A DNA stretch of 42,826 nucleotides, taken from Flavobacteriales bacterium. Lineage in GTDB: Bacteria > Bacteroidota > Bacteroidia > Flavobacteriales_E > Vicingaceae. The notes under the pieces were generated by a model. It had not been told where the DNA came from and ran no database searches. It saw only the letters and a program-made list of their open reading frames with translations. Positions within the stretch are counted from its first letter, which is position 1, and each line of letters opens with the position of its first letter. The DNA is taken from contig JAESTF010000333.1 in the NCBI GenBank assembly GCA_016763795.1, positions 1 through 42,826 of the forward strand. Reading direction: 5' to 3'. This document shows positions 9,175-17,601 of the stretch, piece after piece. A program made the position numbers and the translations under genes.

Positions 9175-10401
9175 ATGAAAACTAAAAAAACACCTCAAGT
9201 AGAGGTTCTTATTATTGGAGGAGGACAGGCTGGGTTGGCGATGAGTAATTGTCTAACGGGGTGTAATATTTCACATGTTGTAATAGAACGTGGAAAAATT
9301 GCTAATCGATGGAGGAATGAAAGTTGGGATTCACTCCGTCTTCTTACCCCTAATTATCAAACCCGTCTACCAAATTGGTGCTACAAAGGAAAAGACCTGA
9401 ATGGTTATATGAGTGTTCAAGAGTTAATTTCGTTTTTAGAAAACTATGCAAAATCTTTTAATTCTCCGATCAAGACTGGAGTTATTGTAGAGTCTGTTAC
9501 ACAACGAACAAAAGGATTTCAAATATGTACAGATGCAGGGACATGGGAAGCAAAATCTATAGTAATTGCTACTGGGCATTGTAATACACCATTTGTACCT
9601 AAATTTTCTAAGAATTTAAATTCAGAATACAAACAATTAATTTCTCATCAATATAGAAATCCTAAACAGATAGGTTCGGGAAAGGTATTGATTGTAGGTG
9701 GAAGTGCAACTGGAGCACAAATTGCTGAAGAATTGATAAATGCTGGAAGAAACGTAACATTATCAGTAGGCCGACATCGAAGACTTCCGCGTAGTTACCG
9801 TAATAAAGATATATTATGGTGGGTAGAAAAAATGGGAATTTTTTGTCAACCTGCAGATCCTGAATCTGAGCGGAATTACCCTGCTCCTCAGCTTATAGGA
9901 TCAGTTGATGGAAGATCTCTTGATGTTGGAATTTTACAAAACTTAGGAGTAAAGCTGGTTGGTAGAGTAACTAGTATAAAAGATCATTTAATACAATTTG
10001 ATTCTAATTTGGAACACGATGTTAATCATGCAGAAGAGGAGATGCGTGAACTTCTAGCTCGGATAGATGCTTATGCGACAAAACAAGGGTTCGATGAGAA
10101 AACCGAACGAATCAATTCGGTAAAAATAGAACCTACAGCAGTTGAAATTAATTTAAAACAAGATAATTTTGAAACTATAATTTGGGCAACAGGATATCGT
10201 AGAGCCTATGATTGGTTAAACATCGATATGCTTGATAAGAATGGTGAATTACAACATGTATCAGGGATAACAGAACAACCAGGAGTTTATGCATTAGGAT
10301 TGCGTAGACAACGTAAATATAATTCAAATTTTATTGATGGAGTTGGTGAGGATGCATCATTTCTTACGAGTCATTTAAAAAACTACATTTCAACCATATG
10401 A
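9175..10401 (+). CDS. Flavin-containing monooxygenase / NAD(P)/FAD-dependent oxidoreductase (CzcO/ArsO/MSMEG_0569-like)
   Basis: IIGGGQAGL FAD motif, W..ESWDSLRLLTPN, VIATG, YRNP, VGGSATGAQIAEEL NADPH motif and IIWATGY. Confidence 0.88.
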   Translation: MKTKKTPQVEVLIIGGGQAGLAMSNCLTGCNISHVVIERGKIANRWRNESWDSLRLLTPNYQTRLPNWCYKGKDLNGYMSVQELISFLENYAKSFNSPIKTGVIVESVTQRTKGFQICTDAGTWEAKSIVIATGHCNTPFVPKFSKNLNSEYKQLISHQYRNPKQIGSGKVLIVGGSATGAQIAEELINAGRNVTLSVGRHRRLPRSYRNKDILWWVEKMGIFCQPADPESERNYPAPQLIGSVDGRSLDVGILQNLGVKLVGRVTSIKDHLIQFDSNLEHDVNHAEEEMRELLARIDAYATKQGFDEKTERINSVKIEPTAVEINLKQDNFETIIWATGYRRAYDWLNIDMLDKNGELQHVSGITEQPGVYALGLRRQRKYNSNFIDGVGEDASFLTSHLKNYISTI

Positions 10402-11768
10402 GGATGTTAGGTGGAAAATCCATAAAAGAACTAGGAAGAATGATTAGGACAGAAGGTCTTAAATGTGAGGAATTAACTGAAACGATACTGTCTGATATAG
10501 AATCTCGTAACAATCATCTCAAAGCTTTTGTGAGGACTACCGCTGAAAGAGCTTTTGAAGAATCTCGTTTCGCCCAAATAGAACTAGATAATGGTATTGA
10601 TAGGGGACCTCTTCATGGAATTCCTTACGCGATTAAAGATTTGTTTGATGTTGCCGGAGAACCGAATAGTGCTGGCACACCTTTATTAGAAGACAATATA
10701 GCAACAAAAGATGCAGATATTGTAACACGTATGAAGCGTTCGGGAGCGGTGTTAGTGGGGCAAACAAATACGAGTCCGTTAGGAGCTACTATTTTAGGAA
10801 TCAATCATGCATTCGGTACACCTCATAATCCTTGGAAAAAAGAAGCTTTTATTCCAGGTGGATCATCTAGTGGTTCAGCTGTAGCTGTAGCTTCTGGACT
10901 AATTCCATTTGCATTGGGTACTGATACAGGAGGTTCAATACGAGTACCTGCAGCTATGTGTGGAATCGTTGGTCTTAAAACAACCGTAGGAAAGATTGAT
11001 GTAAGTGGAATGAGTCCACTTTCTCCTACATACGATTCTATAGGCACCTTAACCCGATCAGTTAATGATGCATTATTGGTGTATGGAGCATTACAAGATG
11101 AACCAATAGATTGTGGTAAGCGTGTAGAAAAATTAAAGATTGGCCTTTGTGAAAATATATTTTTTGATGAAATAGAATTAGAAGTAAAAAATGCAGTGTT
11201 AGATGCTGCTAATACCCTTGCTAGTCTGGGTACAGAAATTTGTTCACTTAAATTACAGGAGGTTGACATTATCTATGATCAGATTAAAGAAACAAGTTTA
11301 ATCGCCACAGAAGCATATCCATTACATAAAAAAATAATTGAAAATTCGAGTATGGATTGGGTTACAAATTGGCTAAAAGTAGCCAGTAACTATTCAGTTG
11401 AACAAGTAGTACATTCACAAAAAAAAATAAAAGAACTTTCATTTCAACTCGATATTCGCACTAAAAATCTAGATGCCATAATCGTGCCTACTACACCAAT
11501 TGTTGCAAAGTTGGTTTCTAGCTGCGATTCATATGAATCTCACGCTAAGATATCTTCATTAATTTCAAGGAATACCCAAATTGGTAATATGGTAGGATGG
11601 TGTGGCATTGCACTCCCTTGTGGTATTAGTCAAAATGGTCTTCCTATAAGCCTTTTAATTTACACTGGTGCAAATAATGAGCATACTGCATTTAGTATTG
11701 CTAAATCCCTTGAGCAAGCCTTATTAATGAAGTTAGGTAGCTTAAAGCCACCATATATTTTTAATTAG
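10398..11768 (+). CDS. Amidase signature family enzyme
   Basis: GPLHGIPYAIKD (Lys), GGSSSGS and GTDTGGSIRVPAA give a complete Ser-cisSer-Lys triad. ATGA 4-bp overlap with the monooxygenase gene. Confidence 0.92.
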   Translation: MRMLGGKSIKELGRMIRTEGLKCEELTETILSDIESRNNHLKAFVRTTAERAFEESRFAQIELDNGIDRGPLHGIPYAIKDLFDVAGEPNSAGTPLLEDNIATKDADIVTRMKRSGAVLVGQTNTSPLGATILGINHAFGTPHNPWKKEAFIPGGSSSGSAVAVASGLIPFALGTDTGGSIRVPAAMCGIVGLKTTVGKIDVSGMSPLSPTYDSIGTLTRSVNDALLVYGALQDEPIDCGKRVEKLKIGLCENIFFDEIELEVKNAVLDAANTLASLGTEICSLKLQEVDIIYDQIKETSLIATEAYPLHKKIIENSSMDWVTNWLKVASNYSVEQVVHSQKKIKELSFQLDIRTKNLDAIIVPTTPIVAKLVSSCDSYESHAKISSLISRNTQIGNMVGWCGIALPCGISQNGLPISLLIYTGANNEHTAFSIAKSLEQALLMKLGSLKPPYIFN

Positions 11769-11821
11769 GAGAATTATAAAACAATGGATTACGATATTAT
11801 TAATTTAAAAAATATACTTAA

Positions 11822-13075
11822 ATGAACGATATAAATAAAGAAACCTTATCAATAAAATTTTCTGAAACGCGAGAAGAAGCAAAAGAGGAATACGAAAAAC
11901 ATTTAGGCTCTTTTTTACGAGATAGTCCTGTTGTTGCAAGACGGGGTGATCCTGATGTTGCTGATTTGTTATTTGGAGACCCTCATGATCCTTCATTAAC
12001 TGGTCTTGGAGAGATACTACATACACAAGTTGATATTAGCCAAGAAAAAGGTTATCGATATGTACACCATATGGAAGAAGCACGAGCAGCAGCGGCAAAG
12101 GCTCTTTCACAACGTACTAGTTTAGATTTTGCAGTTGAAGATTTATTTCTTACAACAGGAGCTTTCTCTGGTTTAGTAACATGCCTGCAAGCTTTGTGCG
12201 AAAAAAATTCAGAAGTAGTATATTTTAGTCCTCCTTGGTTTTATTACCGATCTATGATTAAATCTGTAGGAGCTATTCCGAAAGGAGTTGATCTTAACCC
12301 TGAAGATTGGTCGATTCCTTTTGATAAATTGGCAGAGGCTATTGGTCCTAAAACAAGTGCTATACTAGTAAATTCACCACATAATCCAAGTGGAAAAATT
12401 TTTTCTGATAGTGAACTTTCAGAACTAGCTCAAGTTGTTTCAGCTGCGAGTAAACGATTGGGGCGCGATATTCCCATAATTTCGGATGAAGCTTACTCTC
12501 GTATTGTTTATGAATGTTCGCATGCCCCCACACCAGCAAAATATTATCCGGCAACCATTATAATATACACTTATGGTAAAACACTTCTAGCACCCAGTTT
12601 ACGTTTAGGTTATATGGTACTTGCTCCAGGATTTCCTGGTGCACTTAAGATGAGAAGAATGTTTGATGCGATTCAACCTATGGGAGGCTGGCTACTTCCT
12701 AGTTGTTTGGTACAGAGAGCACTGCCTGACCTAGAGTTGTTATGTGTTGATCTAGTTCAGCTTAAACATCGCAGGGATAAATTAGTTGAGGCGTTAAGAG
12801 AAGGAGGTTATACAGTAATCCCAGCTGAGGGTACATTTTACATGTTGGTAAAAAGTCCACAGTTAGATGACGAAGCTTTTTCACGTTACCTTGAAAGTCG
12901 TAATGTTTTAGTTCTTCCGGGATCAACACTAGAAGTTCCTGGTACTTTTCGAGTGTCACTTACAGCTTCTGATGAAATGATAGATCAAGCTTCAGAGGTC
13001 TTTAAATCAGGATGGCAACCCTTTTTTATTAATTATAATGAAGAAAAATACGATAAAATAAAACTCAATAAATAG
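11822..13075 (+). CDS. PLP-dependent aminotransferase class I/II
   Basis: NSPHNPSG, IISDEAY, TYGKT....LRLGY (PLP Lys), PAEGTFY and FRVS. Confidence 0.9.
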   Translation: MNDINKETLSIKFSETREEAKEEYEKHLGSFLRDSPVVARRGDPDVADLLFGDPHDPSLTGLGEILHTQVDISQEKGYRYVHHMEEARAAAAKALSQRTSLDFAVEDLFLTTGAFSGLVTCLQALCEKNSEVVYFSPPWFYYRSMIKSVGAIPKGVDLNPEDWSIPFDKLAEAIGPKTSAILVNSPHNPSGKIFSDSELSELAQVVSAASKRLGRDIPIISDEAYSRIVYECSHAPTPAKYYPATIIIYTYGKTLLAPSLRLGYMVLAPGFPGALKMRRMFDAIQPMGGWLLPSCLVQRALPDLELLCVDLVQLKHRRDKLVEALREGGYTVIPAEGTFYMLVKSPQLDDEAFSRYLESRNVLVLPGSTLEVPGTFRVSLTASDEMIDQASEVFKSGWQPFFINYNEEKYDKIKLNK

Positions 13076-13264
13076 AATTTAAAATGATGTAAATGTTTAT
13101 TGCAGAAAAAGAAATGTAGAAATAAATTAACTAGTTTTGAAAATGAATTGTAGTTCAAATCGATAATAATAAAAGGAATTATTATAACGGTAATTAGTAG
13201 AAAGACTACACCTTAATTAGATTAGTTAGCAATAAATATATTAACTCACAACAAAAATACACGG

Positions 13265-14251
13265 ATGAAATTAGCAACAATAAATAATAATACAAGAGAT
13301 GGCGAATTAGTAATAGTTAATAGAGCATTAACAAAAGCTGTTCGAGTTCCTGAAATTGCTTCAACCATGCAAATGGCAATTGACAATTGGGGGAGTACTG
13401 AAGAAAAACTTAAAAATGTTTATGATTCGTTAAACTTAGGAACCGTAGATAATGCATTTGATTTTACAGAAGAAGGAGTTATGGCGATACTTCCAAGAGC
13501 ATATCATTGGGTAGATGCAAGCGCTTACGTAACTCATGTTGAGTTAGTTAGGAAGGCAAGAAATGCAGAGCTACCTGGTTCTTACTGGACAGATCCATTA
13601 GTGTACATGGGGGCATCTGATGCTTTTATTGGTCCATATGATGACATAGAGATAGAGAATGATGAATGGGGAATTGATTTTGAATCAGAAATTGCTGTAA
13701 TTACAGATGATGTACCGGCTGGAGTTGATTCTAAAGAAGCATTAAATCATATTAAATTAGTTACAATCGTTAATGATGTTACGCTTAGAAATTTAATTCC
13801 TCAAGAATTAGCCAAACAATTTGGGTTTTATCAATCAAAACCTTGGACCGCTTTTGCACCTGTTTCTGTAACATTAGATGAACTTGATGAAGCTTGGAAA
13901 GATGGAAAACTTCATTTACCTATACATTCAACTTTAAATGAAGAATTAATTGGCTCTCCAAATGCTGGAATTGATATGACTTTTGATTTTGGTGAATTGA
14001 TTGCTCATGCTGCAAAAACACGTTCTTTAATGGCAGGAACTGTCGTTGGTTCGGGTACAGTAGCAAATCAAGGAAGTCCTAATGGATCTAGCTGCCTTGC
14101 AGAACTAAGATGCTTAGAAATAATTAAAGATGGTGAAGCTTCAACTCCATTTATGACTTTTGGAGATAGAATTGAAATTGAAGTGAAAAATGATAGTGGT
14201 CATTCAATTTTTGGAAAAATTAATCAAGTTGTAAAACAATATAAAAAATAA
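13265..14251 (+). CDS. Fumarylacetoacetate hydrolase family protein
   Basis: MKLAT....RDG.LV.V, PRAYHWVDASAY..HVELVRKAR, DFESEIAV, NDVTLRNLIP.EL.K.FGF.QSKP and GTVVGSGTV. Confidence 0.92.
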   Translation: MKLATINNNTRDGELVIVNRALTKAVRVPEIASTMQMAIDNWGSTEEKLKNVYDSLNLGTVDNAFDFTEEGVMAILPRAYHWVDASAYVTHVELVRKARNAELPGSYWTDPLVYMGASDAFIGPYDDIEIENDEWGIDFESEIAVITDDVPAGVDSKEALNHIKLVTIVNDVTLRNLIPQELAKQFGFYQSKPWTAFAPVSVTLDELDEAWKDGKLHLPIHSTLNEELIGSPNAGIDMTFDFGELIAHAAKTRSLMAGTVVGSGTVANQGSPNGSSCLAELRCLEIIKDGEASTPFMTFGDRIEIEVKNDSGHSIFGKINQVVKQYKK

Positions 14252-14327
14252 TCTATTCTTTGATTTTTACTTAAAAATTATTAGAATCAATTAAATTTCT
14301 ATTTAATATAATAATAAAGAGCTATTG

Positions 14328-14360
14328 ATCGCTGGCCTGAAACAAAATTGGGCCAGCGAT
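14328..14360. other. GC-rich inverted repeat (10-bp perfect stem) downstream of the FAH gene
   Basis: ATCGCTGGCC (14328-14337) and GGCCAGCGAT (14351-14360), 13-nt loop, no U-tract on either strand. Confidence 0.6.
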
Positions 14361-14831
14361 GGCTGTGAAAAGAGTTCACGAACAATCGAACAGTAAATAA
14401 GGAGTGAGTAATATATAAATTCGTAAAAACAAACAAAAGGGCTTCTCCTTTTGTTGTGGAGCAAATAATTACTTTAGTATTGTTTTAGCATTTGTATAGG
14501 GATGGTGGATAGCATAGGTTTACATGTCCACAGGACATCTAACGCTATCTTGATTTTTATTAAGATAAAGCAAAGTCAGAGAACGCAGTATGAAAAAATG
14601 AGGAAAAAGCCTTCTTAAGGCAAATAGCATTTTAAATACAAATAAACAACCACAGGTAAAATTTTTGAGCGATGACAAAATAAAGATTTAAAGATGCTGA
14701 GCCTTGTGCGGAAATTTTACATTATAAAGTCTAAACGACTACAAATGGCTCTATATAAAAGAACCAATTCTTGTCCTGTAATTTGACCTATCTTAAATAG
14801 TTATAGATGGATGAAAGGTTAATATGGTTAT

Positions 14832-14953
14832 TTTAATCCTAAATAAATTCAAACTCATCTTACACTTCTCAACGTTTAAAAGATGAAGAAAATGAACTCT
14901 AACAAAGTTGGTAGGCGATTTTATTAGAAGGTGATTTTACCCAAAAATATTTA
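14832..14953 (+). pseudogene. comEC: Decayed duplicate of the comEC 3' end (direct repeat copy 2, right island boundary)
   Basis: Translates FNPK*-(13-bp deletion)-SNSSYTSQRLKDEENEL*QSW*AILLEGDF, versus ComEC FNPKQIVVDASNSSYTSQRLKDEANEYEVNCWVVLLDGAY. Confidence 0.85.
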
Positions 14954-15023
14954 ACACCTTTTGTCAATTGCGGACTTTTATCTCGTTTGCAAATGGCTAC
15001 TTTTACTTTTCAAAATTTTAGTT

Positions 15024-17489
15024 ATGAGAAAAATTATTGCAGTACTCTTGTTATTCATTTCTATAGCAACATTTGCTCAAAAACAAATGAACTCATCAGA
15101 AATTAAATTAGCATTAAAAAAGCTGAATATTTTAGGCAGCGTTTTATATCTTGCTGCACACCCCGATGATGAAAACACTCGATTAATTGCTTATATGGCC
15201 AATGAGAAATTGGTAAGAACAGGCTATTTATCTTTGACACGAGGTGATGGCGGGCAAAATCTTATTGGAACAGAAAAAGGACCTTTAATGGGTGTTTTAA
15301 GAACGCAAGAATTATTAGAGGCTAGAAAGCTTGATGGAGGAGAACAATTTTTTACACGTGCTGTAGATTTTGGTTATTCTAAAACGGCTGAAGAAACTTT
15401 TGTAAAATGGGATAAACAAAAAGTGCTGGCAGATGTTGTTTGGGCAATAAGAAAGTTTAGACCGGATGTAATTATTACTCGTTTTCCTCCTACAAAAAGA
15501 GCAGGACACGGACATCATACCGCATCAGCAATATTAGCAGCAGAGGCTTTTGATTTGGCAGCAGATCCAAAAGCATTTCCTGAACAACTTGCATATACAT
15601 CTGTTTGGCAACCTAAACGATTATATTTAAACACGAGTACTTGGTGGGATAAAGAGTTACCTCAAAAAGCAAAAGATAATCCAGCTAAATATATCACTAT
15701 TGATGTTGGAACTTACAATACTTTATTAGGAAAATCGTATTCTGAAATTGCTTCAGAAAGTAGAACAATGCATAAGAGTCAAGGTTTTGGTTCTGGAAAA
15801 GTACGAGGTTCTAAATTAGAATATTTAGAATTAGTTAAAGGAGAAAAAGGTGAGAATAACGATATTTTTGATGGTGTTGATATTTCGTGGAATAGAATAA
15901 AAAATGGCAATGAAATTAAAAAAATATTATCTGAAACAAATTATAGCTACGAAATAGAACACCCAGAAAGGATAGTTCCTCAATTATTTAAAGCATACCA
16001 ACTAATTGATAAATTACCCGATAGTGAACAATGGAAATGGGTGAAACTAAGTAAACTTAGAGAAGTAATTTCTACTTGTGCTGGTTTATTTGTTGAGGTT
16101 ACAGCTGAAGATTATAGTGTGGCTACTGGGACAGAAATAAAACTGACTACACGTTTAGTGAATAGAAGCAGTCTTAAAGTAGAATTACTTGACGCAAAAT
16201 ACGGAGAAAAGGATACTACAATTAATATTATGCTAGCTAATAATGAGACCTTAAGTTTTGAAAGTAGCTTTACTTGTTCAAATAATCAAAAAACAAACCC
16301 GTATTGGTTAAAACATGATTTTGAAGGGATTTACACTGTAGATTCTCAGAGTTTAATTGGAGTTCCGCAAAACCGTAGTTCTATATCAGTATTGTTTACT
16401 TTTAAAATTAATGATGTTTATTTTCCTGTCTTCAGAAATGTAACTTATAAACATACTGACAGAGTAAAAGGAGAAATTTATCGTCCGTTTGTAGTATTGC
16501 CAAAAGTAACGGCTAATGTTTCTGATAATGTATTTATTTTCTCAAATAGTTTACCTAAAGAGATTCGTGTGACTCTTCAAGCGCACAAAGAAAATGAAAC
16601 AGGAAATGTTTCCTTAAGCCTTCCTCTTGGTTGGAAATCTGAACCTTTATCTATTCAATATAATTTGATAAAAAAGAATGAAGAAATAATAGCTGTTTTT
16701 AATGTTACTCCATCAGCTAACGAAAGTGTTGGAGAAGTGAAAGTGATTTTGAATAATTTAGAGAAAACAGCTAAAAGTTTAATTGCGATTGAATACGATC
16801 ATATTCAAACCCAAACCTTATTACCAGAAGCAAAAGCGAAACTGGTTCGATTAAACGTACAAATTAAAGGCAAAAAAATAGGTTATATTAAAGGAGCAGG
16901 AGATGAAGTGCCATCTGCTTTAGAACAATTGGGTTATTCCATTACCATGTTGGATGAAAATAGCTTAAAGAATAATGATTTATCACAATATGATGCAATT
17001 GTTGCAGGAATAAGAACTTACAACACCAATGATTACATGGCGAATGTGTACGACAAATTAATGGAGTACGTAAAAAATGGAGGTAACTATGTAGTACAAT
17101 ACAATACGAATAGGCGAGTTGATACTAGAACAATGGCTCCTTACCCTTTAAAACTATCGAGAGATAGGGTTACGGTTGAAGAAGCTAAAACTACTTTTTT
17201 AGCTCCTGAACATACTATTATGAACACTCCTAATAAAATTTTAATGTCAGATTTTGATAATTGGGTGCAAGAAAGAGGTCTGTATTTTCCGAATGAATGG
17301 GATAAAAATTACACTCCTATTTTAGGTTGGAAAGATCCCAATGAAGAAATGGTGAAAGGAAGTTTGTTAGTTGCTAGTTACGGAAAAGGAAGCTTTATTT
17401 ATACAGGAATTTCATTTTTCAGAGAATTACCTGCTGGTGTTTCAGGAGCATTTAAGTTATTTGCTAATATTGTGTCTTATGGGAAATGA
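15024..17489 (+). CDS. Secreted PIG-L/LmbE family deacetylase with C-terminal GATase-like domain
   Basis: AAHPDDE, TRGDGGQNLIG, R.QELL.AR..DG, DFGYSK and HGHH motifs. The likely start is the ATG at 15024 (MRKIIAVLLL signal peptide), not the TTG at 14961. Confidence 0.9.
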   Translation: MRKIIAVLLLFISIATFAQKQMNSSEIKLALKKLNILGSVLYLAAHPDDENTRLIAYMANEKLVRTGYLSLTRGDGGQNLIGTEKGPLMGVLRTQELLEARKLDGGEQFFTRAVDFGYSKTAEETFVKWDKQKVLADVVWAIRKFRPDVIITRFPPTKRAGHGHHTASAILAAEAFDLAADPKAFPEQLAYTSVWQPKRLYLNTSTWWDKELPQKAKDNPAKYITIDVGTYNTLLGKSYSEIASESRTMHKSQGFGSGKVRGSKLEYLELVKGEKGENNDIFDGVDISWNRIKNGNEIKKILSETNYSYEIEHPERIVPQLFKAYQLIDKLPDSEQWKWVKLSKLREVISTCAGLFVEVTAEDYSVATGTEIKLTTRLVNRSSLKVELLDAKYGEKDTTINIMLANNETLSFESSFTCSNNQKTNPYWLKHDFEGIYTVDSQSLIGVPQNRSSISVLFTFKINDVYFPVFRNVTYKHTDRVKGEIYRPFVVLPKVTANVSDNVFIFSNSLPKEIRVTLQAHKENETGNVSLSLPLGWKSEPLSIQYNLIKKNEEIIAVFNVTPSANESVGEVKVILNNLEKTAKSLIAIEYDHIQTQTLLPEAKAKLVRLNVQIKGKKIGYIKGAGDEVPSALEQLGYSITMLDENSLKNNDLSQYDAIVAGIRTYNTNDYMANVYDKLMEYVKNGGNYVVQYNTNRRVDTRTMAPYPLKLSRDRVTVEEAKTTFLAPEHTIMNTPNKILMSDFDNWVQERGLYFPNEWDKNYTPILGWKDPNEEMVKGSLLVASYGKGSFIYTGISFFRELPAGVSGAFKLFANIVSYGK

Positions 17490-17601
17490 TCTTCAAAAAC
17501 CACCTTTCTTTAAAAACTGGAAAGGGCTATACATTTTTGTGATAGGGTTTTTAATCTTTTTAATTGTTTTGTTCTACCTATTAACTAACACTTATAAGTA
17601 A
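17479..17601 (+). CDS. 40-aa single-TM membrane protein, probable symporter small partner
   Basis: MGNDLQKPPFFKNWKGLYIFVIGFLIFLIVLFYLLTNTYK; overlaps the PIG-L stop, and its stop overlaps the symporter ATG (TAATG). Confidence 0.75.
   Translation: MGNDLQKPPFFKNWKGLYIFVIGFLIFLIVLFYLLTNTYK

Larger units (their letters stand above)
6144..14831. mobile_element. Putative ~8.7 kb genomic island / insertion at the comEC 3' end (no integrase visible)
   Basis: Flanked by two diverged copies of the comEC 3' end. Contains long non-coding gaps, Shine-Dalgarno-like AGGAG motifs and an enzyme cluster with visibly higher GC. Confidence 0.6.

Noticed and set aside
8260..10401. Nit1C (cyanide/nitrile) cluster
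   Set aside because: A radical SAM plus flavoprotein pair is reminiscent, but the nitrilase, GNAT and AIR-synthase-like genes are absent.
10823..11269. 148-aa antisense ORF within the amidase (likewise 26417-26914, 27128-27346, 27353-27673 in fhs and the other short overlapping ORFs of the track)
   Set aside because: Shadow ORFs overlapping well-supported genes, with no protein-like motifs.
10398..11768. Calling the amidase gatA
   Set aside because: No gatB or gatC adjacent, the GatA-typical KTN.DEFAMGS motif is absent (QTNTSPLGAT instead), and the gene lies in accessory DNA.
9175..13075. Auxin pathway (aminotransferase + YUCCA-like FMO + indoleacetamide hydrolase)
   Set aside because: The enzyme classes fit superficially, but nothing in the sequence indicates tryptophan or indole specificity.
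6144..14831. Active prophage, ICE or transposon
   Set aside because: No integrase, transposase, relaxase or phage genes are detectable; only the comEC-derived flanking repeats remain.
14961..15023. Longer starts from the ORF track (14961, 17371, 25226, 31054, 32332)
   Set aside because: Downstream ATGs (15024, 17479, 25274, 31036, 32290) give proper signal peptides or family N-termini and avoid overlaps with promoters or terminators.
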